Virus record (IMG/VR): IMGVR_UViG_3300043344_000001
Span: 1 to 44,277 of that record
Strand: one strand, 5' to 3'
DNA from: a virus
Lineage: Duplodnaviria; Caudoviricetes
Length of the DNA: 44,277 nucleotides
The stretch's first letter is position 1. Each line of letters opens with the position of its first letter. Made by a program: the position numbers and the translations under genes. Shown piece after piece: positions 7,738-17,104 of the stretch. A model generated the notes under the pieces. It had not been told where the DNA came from. It ran no database searches and worked only from the letters and a program-made list of their open reading frames with translations.

Positions 7738-8082
7738 CTAGGCGAAGCGATCCGTGCCGGCCGGAACCAGGTTAGAATCGAAGATCGACGTGGGCTTTTC
7801 CACTGCTTCGAAGCTCTCGAGGAACGCTTTCTCCGTGTAGATCTTGTAGCTCGTACCGACCTGCAGGATCCGGTCGCCCACGAAGCCCTTGGTCTGACGG
7901 TCGTTCAGGGGCCGGAGAACCTCGACCCGGATGAACTTGACCGGCTTCTTTCCGGGAGTCGTGGGCTTAGTCTGCTGGACCTCGCCCCCGCACCACGCAG
8001 CCACCTCGACCAGGTTGGCGTCGGTGATCTGGATGACGTCCACCGGGAAGGACTTCCGGATGAACTTCTCGACCTTCAGCAT
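7738..8082 (-). CDS. Hypothetical protein, RKKPV..EA / GD(Y/W)I-type phage family
   Basis: KFIRKSFPVDVIQIT...VGDRILQ...KAFLESFE; paralogous to 9362..9631. Confidence 0.75.
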   Translation of the reverse strand: MLKVEKFIRKSFPVDVIQITDANLVEVAAWCGGEVQQTKPTTPGKKPVKFIRVEVLRPLNDRQTKGFVGDRILQVGTSYKIYTEKAFLESFEAVEKPTSIFDSNLVPAGTDRFA

Positions 8083-8451
8083 CTAATGCCTCTCTCGGAA
8101 CAGGATGCCCTTGTTCTGCATGTCGTTAATCGCGTTGAGCGCCTCGGTCTCGGTCATGCCGTACTGCATGAGGCTTTCCCGGACCTTGAGGAGGGTGTTC
8201 TCGTCCGAGAAGAATTGATCTGTGACGTCGTCCGGATGCTTCTTGCCGGTCAGGAAGTCTTCTCGGGTGTACCTCGAGACCTCTTCCCCGGCCTCCTCTT
8301 CGACCTCGGTCTTCTCGTAGTGGTTCACCGACAGAGAGAAGTCGAAGTTCAGCTGAGACAAGCCCTTCGCAAGCTGAGACAAGCTGTGATAGCCCGCCGC
8401 AGCTTCGATGTCGCTCCGGGGCATGACGGTCAACGAAAAGACCTTCTGCAT
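8083..8451 (-). CDS. Hypothetical protein (122 aa)
   Basis: ATG overlaps the SSB stop (TGATG); C-terminal AINDMQNKGILFRER. Confidence 0.75.
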   Translation of the reverse strand: MQKVFSLTVMPRSDIEAAAGYHSLSQLAKGLSQLNFDFSLSVNHYEKTEVEEEAGEEVSRYTREDFLTGKKHPDDVTDQFFSDENTLLKVRESLMQYGMTETEALNAINDMQNKGILFRERH

Positions 8452-8978
8452 CAGTGCCACTCTCCTTCGAGCACTCGTGGATCCTGTTCTGGTCCGGCTT
8501 CCAGTTCCAGCCGGCTGGGCGCTGCGCCGATCTCGGGCACGTCGGCGTACTTGAGATCGAGGTAGTCTTCCTCGACTGTGAGGAACATCGACTTCAGGTA
8601 GGCCTTGATGCCCGACTTCCCACCGACCGCCCACGTGTACGGGCGGATGATCAGGTCGACCTTCTTGATGTCGACGAAGTCGAAGAGCTCGAGCTCCTCC
8701 TCGGTCAGATCGGTACGACCCTTGGAAGTGACCATGACTAGCTTCGGGGGTCGGAACTTGAAGCCCACCGAGACCTGAACATAGGGTCTGTCGGGGTCAC
8801 CCTCCTCTCGAGACCGGAGGGCCTTGATGTTCCAGCCGTCGCGGAGCATGTCTTCGGCAGCGCCTTCGTCGAGAAGCACGCAGAAGTTTCGATCTCCCTC
8901 TGCGTTGTACTTCCCCTCCTTGCCGGCGAAGTTCCGGAAGACCAGCTGTGCATCTTCAATGATGAGCGAACCGCTCAT
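8451..8978 (-). CDS. Single-stranded DNA-binding protein
   Basis: IEDAQLVFRNFAG..GDRNFCV..IRPYTW..GIKAYLKSM OB-fold phage SSB pattern with acidic tail; lies in the replication block. Confidence 0.75.
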   Translation of the reverse strand: MSGSLIIEDAQLVFRNFAGKEGKYNAEGDRNFCVLLDEGAAEDMLRDGWNIKALRSREEGDPDRPYVQVSVGFKFRPPKLVMVTSKGRTDLTEEELELFDFVDIKKVDLIIRPYTWAVGGKSGIKAYLKSMFLTVEEDYLDLKYADVPEIGAAPSRLELEAGPEQDPRVLEGEWH

Positions 8979-9205
8979 TTCTTCTCCTCGATCACGCAAG
9001 CTTCGGTATGGGCCAGAGGCTCTCTGCTTCCGAGATCAATCGGTCCAAGAGACAGAGAGCCTTCAGCCTCCGAGAAGCCCAGTCGATCAGCCATTTCGTG
9101 ACTGGTGAAATGAGCTTCTACGGATCCGTTCGATTTTACGGTTGCGTTCCCGACAACGACACGTTCGCCGTCAATGTGCACAACCAGGGGTACGATCTTG
9201 CTCAT
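8975..9205 (-). CDS. Hypothetical protein (76 aa)
   Basis: ATG 9205 lies just after the upstream stop; stop overlaps the SSB start (ATGA). Confidence 0.65.
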   Translation of the reverse strand: MSKIVPLVVHIDGERVVVGNATVKSNGSVEAHFTSHEMADRLGFSEAEGSLSLGPIDLGSREPLAHTEACVIEEKK

Positions 9206-9206
9206 C

Positions 9207-9362
9207 TTAACCCTTCTTGGGTTTGATTCCCTTGGTGCAGGGCTGAATGAGGTTAGCCATGTGGTGACACTGGCATGCCCCACAAGTCCAACACCCCCAA
9301 GGAACATCTGAGAAACTTCGCATGCTGTGGCTCTCGTGAATCTGCGGATCCTTCTCAGTCAT
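9207..9362 (-). CDS. Small Cys/His-rich protein (51 aa, MTEKDPQIHESHSMRSFSDVPWGCWTCGACQCHHMANLIQPCTKGIKPKKG)
   Basis: Translated by hand; TGATG coupling to the upstream gene; exactly fills the gap; CxxCxxCxC cluster. Confidence 0.65.
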   Translation of the reverse strand: MTEKDPQIHESHSMRSFSDVPWGCWTCGACQCHHMANLIQPCTKGIKPKKG

Positions 9363-9631
9363 CAGATTCCCTCGTACCTGCGCCTGAATTCCCGCTCACG
9401 CATGACGTCGAACTCCCCACCCATGCTCTTGACCACGAAGTCGCCCTCGCTGGCGCGCTTCACCCCATCGAGGGTGGGGATGTTCAAGGCCACGAATCGT
9501 CTGAGTGAATTGACCGGGTCGATCTCCTCGACCACCCGGCCGCCAGTCCACGTTGCTGCCCGTTCTACCGTCTCAGGAGTCAGTTGAATGGCCTCGACTG
9601 AGACGGGGATCAGTCGATACCGACTCGGCAT
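9362..9631 (-). CDS. Hypothetical protein, RKKPV..EA / PTLEG / GD-type phage family
   Basis: RYRLIPVSVEAIQL...IPTLDG..ASEGDFVVK...GEF.....F...YE; TAATG coupling at 9631. Confidence 0.8.
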   Translation of the reverse strand: MPSRYRLIPVSVEAIQLTPETVERAATWTGGRVVEEIDPVNSLRRFVALNIPTLDGVKRASEGDFVVKSMGGEFDVMREREFRRRYEGI

Positions 9632-10035
9632 TACCGCGTCGGCCATTCGCCATCGGTAACACAGAGGTTGCCGACCTTCAGGTAGGCGTCGATGTACGCC
9701 TCCTTCTTGTCGCCGTTGTAGGTGACCTCGTAGTACATCTTGTCGGGAAGGGTGCTGCTGACCAGCGCCTTCCAGTTCTGCAGCGTCTTGGAGAACCAGA
9801 CGATGTACACGCTGAAGTCGGGCGTCGGGTCGGTCTTCTCGAGGTGCTCGAGAACGTACGCCTGAACCAGGTTACGAGCCCGATCCATGTACGACTCGAC
9901 CACGTCGGTTCCGTAGTTGTGATCCACGTCTTCTCCTTTGCAGATGCATTGACGGACGAGATATTCGCATGCGTTGCAGCGTCGATTCATGGCATCATCT
10001 CGGTGCGTCTTTGCTCCACATTTCTCACAACTCAT
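9631..10035 (-). CDS. DUF6275-like protein with an N-terminal zinc-finger-like extension
   Basis: VYIVWFSKTLQNWKALVSSTLPDKMYYEVTYNGDKKEAYIDAY; N-terminal CxxC..CxxC..CxC. Confidence 0.75.
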   Translation of the reverse strand: MSCEKCGAKTHRDDAMNRRCNACEYLVRQCICKGEDVDHNYGTDVVESYMDRARNLVQAYVLEHLEKTDPTPDFSVYIVWFSKTLQNWKALVSSTLPDKMYYEVTYNGDKKEAYIDAYLKVGNLCVTDGEWPTR

Positions 10036-10049
10036 ACGAATATCCCTCC

Positions 10050-13000
10050 TTAGTTGATGAACTCCTCGAAGTCCCCGAACTTCTCGATGGTCTTGATTGC
10101 GGTATCAACGAGGTCCTCGAAGTACCGCATGTCGATCGCTTCCTCGGATAGATCCTTAGCGATGTCCGCCTCAGCCCACAGATATCCCTTGGTGCCGGAC
10201 ACTGCGTAGGACTTCCCGTCCTTGACGCGCCAGAGTGTTCCCCCTCCGAAACCCTCTTTCACGGGGACAAACCGTCCGGTGCGGCCGACGAAGGTCATCG
10301 ACTCCCAATCATCCTTGTCCTTCGAGTGAATGAAGTCCAAATACATAGCCCCCTGAGTAACCTGCTTAGTCTCACACAAGTCATTGAACTCGATAGGAGC
10401 CTGACGATTGAGAAGCTTCTTGAACACGTACGGATGCTGGAATTGAGCTCCCACCGCAACCCAATGCGGGGTAAGGCAGTCCTCCTCTTTGGCGATGTAT
10501 ACCGCGTCGTTTACGAGGCAGAACTTGTCGTACGTAGCCTCGTGTTCGAATGTGTATCCGTACTTCTCACCGAACTGCTTGACTTCTTCGATGATCTCCG
10601 GTGTAGCACCAGGAATTTTCACCGAGTCAGTCTTGATGTGGGCGACCGTGAAGCCCCTCTCCTGCAGGAAATGCTTCAGATCGATCATGAACAAAGCGCC
10701 GCGCTTGGCAACGATGTTGTCCACGTTCCGGACATCCCTGAAGGCGTTATCGAACTTCGCCGAGGTCAGACCGTAAACGATGTTGATGACGATCTTGAGA
10801 GCATCCGAAAGGCCGCGAAGGTCACTCTCAGTACCGCCAAGATACTTAGTGAGCTTACCTCCAAGGAGATCTTTCGCCTCGTCGTAATGCTTGCCCTTAA
10901 TTGCCAGACGGGCAAGTACAAGTTCTTCGAAGGCTCGAGTGTACTTACCAAAGAGGTCGAGTTGGCGTATACTAGTCGGATGCATAGACGCCACGTCCAG
11001 AAGCGCCACATCTGAATAGATCCCAGGTTCAGCGTATACGTATCCGCCTTCACCGGTGACCTCGCCTCGATACGTACTGACACCACGCTCATATATGTAC
11101 CCCGGGAATTCTTTGCTGAGATCGGTATAAACGAAATCACTACGGGGGTTTCTGTCTTCGCCGAAGATGATCTTGGCAGTGTGCTTCTGGGTCGTGTCGT
11201 TGATCGACAGACCGCTGAGCTCTGCAAGGATCTGACGCGCCACGAAGTCTGCATGCCGAGCCTCGAAGGTTGCTTCGGTGGCTAGAACATCATTGACGCA
11301 GTACTCTTCGACCTTCTTCCAGAGCTTCTTGTCGACTGGAAGATCCCATGGCAAATCGAGTTCGACGTGGGGAATACCCAACTCGATCTGGAACTTCTTC
11401 AGCCCCTGCTTCTTCGAGCTGAAGTCGTAGATGTCTGCGTAAGAGAGGTTGTAGGCCTCCCCGAACAGAGCTCCCGACTTGTCGTCGATGATCTTCTTCG
11501 AGAGCTTGTAGAGCGACTCGTTATCATAACCGAGATACGCTGCGTACAAGATGTGGTTGTCGTACCGGCGGTTGTTGAAGCCGATCAGCTTGAGCTTGAA
11601 CAGGCCCTCGACGTCCTGCGCACTGGGGTTGATCATGCGCACGACAGTCGGACTACCTTGGTACTTCCAGCAGATGACAAAGAGATTTGGGTAAACCTCG
11701 ATGTCGAAGAAGACCAACGGATCGTCCTTGGGCGGAGGAGTCGTGTCGTTCGGATCCTTTTTGGCGTATGGGAAGGGCTCCATCCCAGCCATACAGATCT
11801 CGTCGTCCGATTTGAACCGCATCTTCTGAACGACCTTGAGGGCCATCAACGGCTGGTGAGAACTGTTGTTGGCAAACGCGATCGTCTTGTTCTTCAAGTC
11901 GGTCACGTCGTACTTCATCCCCGACAGATATGCATCCTCGAGGATCTTGTAGATGAAATCGATCGAAGGCTTGGTACCCGGATGGATTTCCTTTCGGAAG
12001 TTCCTAGCGATGAGTTCCCGGAGCCCCCTCTCGCTCTGGATCGTCGACGCTTCGAGCACCTTCTTCTCCTTGATCGGGAGTCCACTGTTGATTTCTGCTA
12101 TCGGTACGTTATTACATCTAGTAAGGCGACGGCGGAGCGAACTGGCACCTGTGAATACCTTGATCTCGATTCCGTCAGAGTAATCTGAACGAAGTTCGGA
12201 CGGTTCTCCACCGGTGTAATTGTAATGGAGATGGACTCCAGCGCCGCTTTTGCTAAGCTCGGCATAAGTGGCTGGCCACTCGCTAGCCGCACCCAGATTT
12301 CGTTCAAGAGATCTTCCACCGGCATCGTCCTTGAGATCGAAGTCGACTACGATGTGATTTTCGGGGACTCTTACGTAGTGAAGATCTGTGGATACGATCT
12401 CACCCAGAGTTGTTTTGACATCCGACCACCGCTTCTGCGGAGTGCCATCCTCTTTGGCCGGCTGAGCAGGTTGATTCGCATACTCCAGGTCGAAGATGGA
12501 CGTTGTTTCGTCCATAACCAAAGAGAACGCTGTCGCTGGCTCAGATATGGGTGCCTTAAACGGATGCGCAGTGAAACCGGAGTAGTAGCTTCGAGTGATG
12601 ACGCCGTCCACGGTAGTTCGGTCAGAAAACTCTTTGAAGTAATTCCGGAGTTCCTCACGAACCTTGTACTGAGGTAGAGGGCGCTCGATCCCTGTATCAC
12701 TGCAGAACTCCTTGTACAGTGCGTAGGCTTGCTTGAGGGTCGTTCCGTCCTGCTCCTTGAACACGTCGTAGTTAGCCTCGATGAAGTTGAAGAAGATGTC
12801 TGTCTGCAGCATCATCTCGAGGGGTCGATATGTGTTGTAGAAGTTCTTCCCCATTTTCCGATAGATCTCGAGGCAGTGGTAAGCGATTGCTCCCAACTCG
12901 AAATCTATTCTGGCCATCAACGCGTGGTAGTGATTTGGAGCTAATTTGACTCCGGTTGGGTGGACATCGATCAGACGTCTGATGATGCCCGACTTCGCAT

Positions 13001-13835
13001 CTGAGATCTTGACGGGCTGGTTTGTGCCCATCAACAAGAGAGCGTTTGCTTTGCCGGTATAACTGGCCTTGTACTTCTCGTTGAACGTCATCTCCTCGTG
13101 AGAAATGATTGAGTTCAACTTGGTGTTGTCGTCGATCTTCGACAAGTCTCCATCGTGTTGGATCGCAACAAGAGGGTTAGACTTGAAGACCTCGGTCGAG
13201 AAGGCGTTGCCGTTGGCGCCAAGAGCTTTTGCTTCGAAGGTGGTTGTATAACCGTCGAAGAGTTTCTGGATGATGTTCAGGACGGTGGACTTACCTGTTC
13301 CCGCCGGCCCGTACAACACCAAGAATTTCTGGATCTTCTTCGAGTCCCCCGAGATAACTGCGCCGATGGCCCATTCGATCTTCGCCCGTTCTTCTGGTGC
13401 GTAGAGGGTACCGACGAGTTCATCCCAAGCGCTGATATCTCCGGAGGATAGGTTATATGGAAGCCGCCGACTGACGTAGTCGTTCTTCTTGACTTCGGTG
13501 TTTGCGAATGTCAAGGTCTCGTCTAGCTGGTGACTGTTATCACTGATTTGACCAATGAACTTACGGAACTGATTCCAACCATTGGTGTTGAACGATCGCA
13601 TGTATTTCACGTTCGAGTCTAGGCCACTTTTTTGGGCGTACTCACGCAGTTCGTGGTCCACAAGACGCTGTACATCGTACTCGTCCCGAGACCACAAACC
13701 TTGTGTGTCATCCCAAATTGCGTAGAATGACCGACCTCGAACCATCAGATCCTTTGAGCGACCCACCACGAAATCTGGGTACACCTCAAAGGTTCCACCT
13801 TTGGCCTCTCGAGTGGAGACCTGGAAGAAATCCAT
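10050..13835 (-). CDS. SF3 helicase - primase (AEP/PrimPol-like) - family B DNA polymerase fusion
   Basis: GPAGTGKS Walker A and MGTN; VVDFDLK and SKSGAGVHLHY; exonuclease FFDIEVY, GFNNRRYD, YCVNDV; polymerase DVASMHP, KIVINIVYG, IKTDS. Confidence 0.9.
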   Translation of the reverse strand: MDFFQVSTREAKGGTFEVYPDFVVGRSKDLMVRGRSFYAIWDDTQGLWSRDEYDVQRLVDHELREYAQKSGLDSNVKYMRSFNTNGWNQFRKFIGQISDNSHQLDETLTFANTEVKKNDYVSRRLPYNLSSGDISAWDELVGTLYAPEERAKIEWAIGAVISGDSKKIQKFLVLYGPAGTGKSTVLNIIQKLFDGYTTTFEAKALGANGNAFSTEVFKSNPLVAIQHDGDLSKIDDNTKLNSIISHEEMTFNEKYKASYTGKANALLLMGTNQPVKISDAKSGIIRRLIDVHPTGVKLAPNHYHALMARIDFELGAIAYHCLEIYRKMGKNFYNTYRPLEMMLQTDIFFNFIEANYDVFKEQDGTTLKQAYALYKEFCSDTGIERPLPQYKVREELRNYFKEFSDRTTVDGVITRSYYSGFTAHPFKAPISEPATAFSLVMDETTSIFDLEYANQPAQPAKEDGTPQKRWSDVKTTLGEIVSTDLHYVRVPENHIVVDFDLKDDAGGRSLERNLGAASEWPATYAELSKSGAGVHLHYNYTGGEPSELRSDYSDGIEIKVFTGASSLRRRLTRCNNVPIAEINSGLPIKEKKVLEASTIQSERGLRELIARNFRKEIHPGTKPSIDFIYKILEDAYLSGMKYDVTDLKNKTIAFANNSSHQPLMALKVVQKMRFKSDDEICMAGMEPFPYAKKDPNDTTPPPKDDPLVFFDIEVYPNLFVICWKYQGSPTVVRMINPSAQDVEGLFKLKLIGFNNRRYDNHILYAAYLGYDNESLYKLSKKIIDDKSGALFGEAYNLSYADIYDFSSKKQGLKKFQIELGIPHVELDLPWDLPVDKKLWKKVEEYCVNDVLATEATFEARHADFVARQILAELSGLSINDTTQKHTAKIIFGEDRNPRSDFVYTDLSKEFPGYIYERGVSTYRGEVTGEGGYVYAEPGIYSDVALLDVASMHPTSIRQLDLFGKYTRAFEELVLARLAIKGKHYDEAKDLLGGKLTKYLGGTESDLRGLSDALKIVINIVYGLTSAKFDNAFRDVRNVDNIVAKRGALFMIDLKHFLQERGFTVAHIKTDSVKIPGATPEIIEEVKQFGEKYGYTFEHEATYDKFCLVNDAVYIAKEEDCLTPHWVAVGAQFQHPYVFKKLLNRQAPIEFNDLCETKQVTQGAMYLDFIHSKDKDDWESMTFVGRTGRFVPVKEGFGGGTLWRVKDGKSYAVSGTKGYLWAEADIAKDLSEEAIDMRYFEDLVDTAIKTIEKFGDFEEFIN

Positions 13836-13851
13836 CTACCCTCCTTTCCTG

Positions 13852-14382
13852 CTAGTAGTCGCGCTCCAGGAGGTATGCGCTCAACTGGTACCAGATCTCG
13901 ACTTGTCGTTGATCCTTTTGGGGATCCTTGAGTGGAAACAGACCGCCAGTGCCATCAGGAGAATATGTCCGCCAAATGACTTGGTCAAGACAGTCGTCGA
14001 TCCTCTTTCTCGGAAGGGTCTTGTTGTCCGTGCACCGATTCAAACCAAGATTCTTGACGAGATGCCAGAACCAAGTTTGCGGCCGACCTTCGGCTTCGAA
14101 TGCTAGACGCCGAGACACTCCGATGAGCATCTCGAGCATCGAGCATCCGAACATCGCCCAGTCTTCTCCAGCAACATGAAACCTCATGTCGTCGAAGAAT
14201 TCGATCCTTAGGTCTCGGCCATCCTCTGCTCGGTTGTCATCATTGGGAATGATCCAGACAAACTCTTTCTTGTAGAGCTGCCTCAACAATTCCCAGTAAG
14301 TTTTTGATGGATTTGTTTCTTCAACCGAACTGACCTGACCGCAGAGCCACGTGAAATAAGTCTCATCAAGTGGCTCGCCCAT
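13852..14382 (-). CDS. Conserved hypothetical protein
   Basis: DDNRAEDGRDLR, CSMLEML, GGLFP, VEIWYQ; coupled to the upstream gene. Confidence 0.8.
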   Translation of the reverse strand: MGEPLDETYFTWLCGQVSSVEETNPSKTYWELLRQLYKKEFVWIIPNDDNRAEDGRDLRIEFFDDMRFHVAGEDWAMFGCSMLEMLIGVSRRLAFEAEGRPQTWFWHLVKNLGLNRCTDNKTLPRKRIDDCLDQVIWRTYSPDGTGGLFPLKDPQKDQRQVEIWYQLSAYLLERDY

Positions 14383-15065
14383 TAGTCGCTCCGGAGCCCA
14401 GCGACTTCTTCTCCGTACTTACCTTCGCTGCGGAGGATCTCGAAGTCACGCTCGAGCGAGTCGTTCCGAACGTAGACGACGTTCTTATCCCCGGATCGGT
14501 ATCCGAATCGGAGACAGTCCAGGCCGACGGTCATGTTGACGTTCTCAACGACCTGGTCCTGCTGATCCGCGAGAACATCGTCGCCGGCGTAGAACGTCAG
14601 AGTGTCCTGGGTGTACTCCGGCTCGTTCTCGAGGAATTCTTCCTTGCTGACGATGTACGGAGCCTCTTCGGTGCGGTTCCGCTTCTCCTTCTCGAAGTCG
14701 ACCTCTTCCTCAGCGTCAATCTTCTGGAAGACGTTCGCGATGACTTCCTGCACCGAAGGCTTGGTCACCACGCCGGGGTGGTACTTGTTAACGCCCTGAT
14801 AATTGTGCAGAGCCTCGACCGCCTCGTCCATGAGAGGTGCCGGCGCCGTGACACCCAGCAACTTGTCGACAGCTGCCGCTGGCGTTGCGAAATCGCCCTT
14901 CTTGTGCAGGGCGCTGTAGAACTTCTTGGCCTCGGCGATCTCCCGCTTCACCAGCTCGTCGTACTGCTTCTCGAGCTTCTTCTTCGTCAAGAAGTAACCC
15001 GCTGCAGCACCAGCAGCCAGCGACAGAACGGAAGACACGCCGATGACCATGGTTTGCCGATTCAT
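14382..15065 (-). CDS. Membrane-anchored hypothetical protein
   Basis: N-terminal hydrophobic helix, coiled coil, acidic C-terminal PYIVS..F / VYVRN domain. Confidence 0.8.
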   Translation of the reverse strand: MNRQTMVIGVSSVLSLAAGAAAGYFLTKKKLEKQYDELVKREIAEAKKFYSALHKKGDFATPAAAVDKLLGVTAPAPLMDEAVEALHNYQGVNKYHPGVVTKPSVQEVIANVFQKIDAEEEVDFEKEKRNRTEEAPYIVSKEEFLENEPEYTQDTLTFYAGDDVLADQQDQVVENVNMTVGLDCLRFGYRSGDKNVVYVRNDSLERDFEILRSEGKYGEEVAGLRSD

Positions 15066-15961
15066 CAGTCTCCGATCTTGTCGTAGATGACGCCATCCAC
15101 GTTGAAGTCGAGACGGATGGCCTGCTCGCGGCCGTTGACGAAGGCCCGGGACCGCTCGCGGTTGGCGTTGAAGATCCCGAAGTCGACGAAGTTGTCTCCG
15201 TCCTTGCTGACGATCCAGCCCACGACCGCGCCGGCCTTGGTCCGCTCGATGCCCAGCTGGTCGTAGACCTCGTTCAGGAACAGGTGGCCCTTGGCGCGCA
15301 GCTTGTCGTTCGCGTAGTTCTGCTGCGCCCGGAGGAAGAGCATGTTGTACTCCGCCTCCCGCTGGAAGTCCGGGCAGAGCTCGTCGAAGAACTTCGAGTA
15401 GACCGAGAAGCCGTTCGGGTCCAGCTCCTTGATCGTCTTGGCGACCGGTCCCTCCTTCGTCTCCTCGATGATCTCGCGCTCGACAGTTCCGTATCGGAAC
15501 TCGCGGTCCTTGTCCTCACCGTACTCGCCGATGACCCGACGACGGTACTCGTTCCAGCCCTTGTCGAGGGCCGCGTAGGCCGCTGTGACGCCCGCCAGGC
15601 GACGATTGAGGACAACGTGGGATCCGGTGAGGGCCGCGATCGAAGCGACGCCCACGAGGACTGCAGGGCCGTACAAACGCGAGATGTTGATGACGGCCTT
15701 GGTGTAGATGAGGACCTTGTCCTTCCGGCGGTCCTCCTCGGTGTACTTGGCGAGCTGAGCCGACTCGATGGTCAGGACGTCCTTCTCGACGCCTTCGAGA
15801 ACCGCCTCGAGCTTCAGCGTCGCCTTGCTGGCCAGAACCACGGTCGTGACGATGCCGACCACGCCGGCGCCGAACAGCAGAACGGGCGAGTGCTTCTGAG
15901 CGGTGAGAATCTGTCGTCCCATCTTACTGGTGACGACATTTGCCAGTGCTTTGAAATTCAT
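15065..15961 (-). CDS. DUF6353-like protein, paralog 1
   Basis: KHSPVLL.GAG.VG; Y.PA; LFLNEVYDQLG..VVGW..LDFNVDG. Confidence 0.8.
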   Translation of the reverse strand: MNFKALANVVTSKMGRQILTAQKHSPVLLFGAGVVGIVTTVVLASKATLKLEAVLEGVEKDVLTIESAQLAKYTEEDRRKDKVLIYTKAVINISRLYGPAVLVGVASIAALTGSHVVLNRRLAGVTAAYAALDKGWNEYRRRVIGEYGEDKDREFRYGTVEREIIEETKEGPVAKTIKELDPNGFSVYSKFFDELCPDFQREAEYNMLFLRAQQNYANDKLRAKGHLFLNEVYDQLGIERTKAGAVVGWIVSKDGDNFVDFGIFNANRERSRAFVNGREQAIRLDFNVDGVIYDKIGD

Positions 15962-16098
15962 CAGAGTTTACCTTCCTCGCGAAACTTCAGGACGATGGCC
16001 AGGAGTTGTTTGGGTGGCATCTTGTCGACCTTCCGACGCCATGCCTTGGTTGGGAATATCGTCTTGACGAGTTCCCGCATTGAGTGTTCGTTGAGCAT
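15961..16098 (-). CDS. Small basic protein (45 aa, MLNEHSMRELVKTIFPTKAWRRKVDKMPPKQLLAIVLKFREEGKL)
   Basis: Translated by hand; starts 2 nt after the upstream stop; its TGA overlaps the next ATG. Confidence 0.75.
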   Translation of the reverse strand: MLNEHSMRELVKTIFPTKAWRRKVDKMPPKQLLAIVLKFREEGKL

Positions 16099-16099
16099 G

Positions 16100-16741
16100 T
16101 CAGTCGAGCTGTTCGGGCTTGGGGAGACTCAGCAGGTATCCGTCACGAACACGAACTGCCTCGGATCCACGCAGATCCGTCCAGCCGTATTTCTCGTCGG
16201 TGAAGTTTCCGGAAACTCCGACGAGTTCGTACAGATCTGAGACGGTTGCCTGCTCGTATCGGGCAATGATGTCGTAGAGACGATCGATGACCGTCACTGC
16301 TTCCACTCGAGTGGCGAGAATGATCTCGTCAAAGTCGTGCGAAGCCCTCGAGCGCCGGCTGATGTTCCGCGGTTCCTCTCGCTGACGCTGTTGGGGGTTA
16401 GGGGCGAAGCGGTTGTAGCTGACGTAGCCGCTGTGACCACCTGGACGAATGCCCGTCCTACGGCTGGTTGAGCGAGCCTCACCGAATATCATTCGTTCGA
16501 TGCCTTGGCTGACGGCGTCGGCGATCATGTCCTTTGCGGCCGGCAAAAGAACATCCACCAACACGTAGTTCATGACTCCGCGGGTGTCTCCACCGAAGAA
16601 CGTCTCGACGAACCGCTTACCCAAAGGCTTCTTTCGAGTAACCACCGTGCCTGTGGTGACCTGCTCGATTTTTTTCGCGGTTTCGGTGTTCTCCTCAGGA
16701 GCCGCTTTCGCCTTATGACTATTGGTTGGAAACTCTTCCAT
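16100..16741 (-). CDS. Conserved hypothetical protein
   Basis: FPTNSH N-terminus; C-terminal ATVSDLYELVG..DEKYGW module related to the DUF6353 C-terminal domain. Confidence 0.8.
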   Translation of the reverse strand: MEEFPTNSHKAKAAPEENTETAKKIEQVTTGTVVTRKKPLGKRFVETFFGGDTRGVMNYVLVDVLLPAAKDMIADAVSQGIERMIFGEARSTSRRTGIRPGGHSGYVSYNRFAPNPQQRQREEPRNISRRSRASHDFDEIILATRVEAVTVIDRLYDIIARYEQATVSDLYELVGVSGNFTDEKYGWTDLRGSEAVRVRDGYLLSLPKPEQLD

Positions 16742-16761
16742 TTTGCCTCGCGATCCAAGGA

Positions 16762-16800
16762 GAAAAACTAAGAGGCCGTGTTAGGGCTTCCTAGTTTTGA
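16762..16800 (-). terminator. Cassette terminator hairpin
   Basis: TCAAAACTAGGAAGCCC-TAACAC-GGCCTCTTAGTTTTT on the minus strand. Confidence 0.6.
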
Positions 16801-16804
16801 GTAG

Positions 16805-17053
16805 TTACTTCTGGAGCTTCTTCGTGACATTCTCTGTCCACCAGTTGGCGACAGCTTCGACCTTCGCGTCCGTGTACTTCTTCGATGCCTCAGCGACGAG
16901 GGCACCCATCACGTAGCCGCCCGCGGTCATCGACACGAGGTCGACGGTGTTGCGGGGAGTGGCGTTGTTCTGGATGACCTGGCTGACGATCTTGGAGGTA
17001 CCGGCGCAAACGACGAAACTGACAATGCCTTTGGCAACATCAAGTTTGTTCAT
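16805..17053 (-). CDS. Small hydrophobic cassette protein (82 aa)
   Basis: Lies between cassette promoter copy 2 and a terminator. Confidence 0.8.
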   Translation of the reverse strand: MNKLDVAKGIVSFVVCAGTSKIVSQVIQNNATPRNTVDLVSMTAGGYVMGALVAEASKKYTDAKVEAVANWWTENVTKKLQK

Positions 17054-17058
17054 GATTG

Positions 17059-17104
17059 GGGTCCTTTCGTAGGGGTCTCATTATGAGGCATGTTTTTTTC
17101 GCGA
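17059..17104 (-). promoter_or_regulatory. Cassette promoter plus RBS, copy 2
   Basis: TCGCG-AAAAAA-AC-ATGCCT-CATAAT-GAGACCCCTACGAAAGGACCC. Confidence 0.85.
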
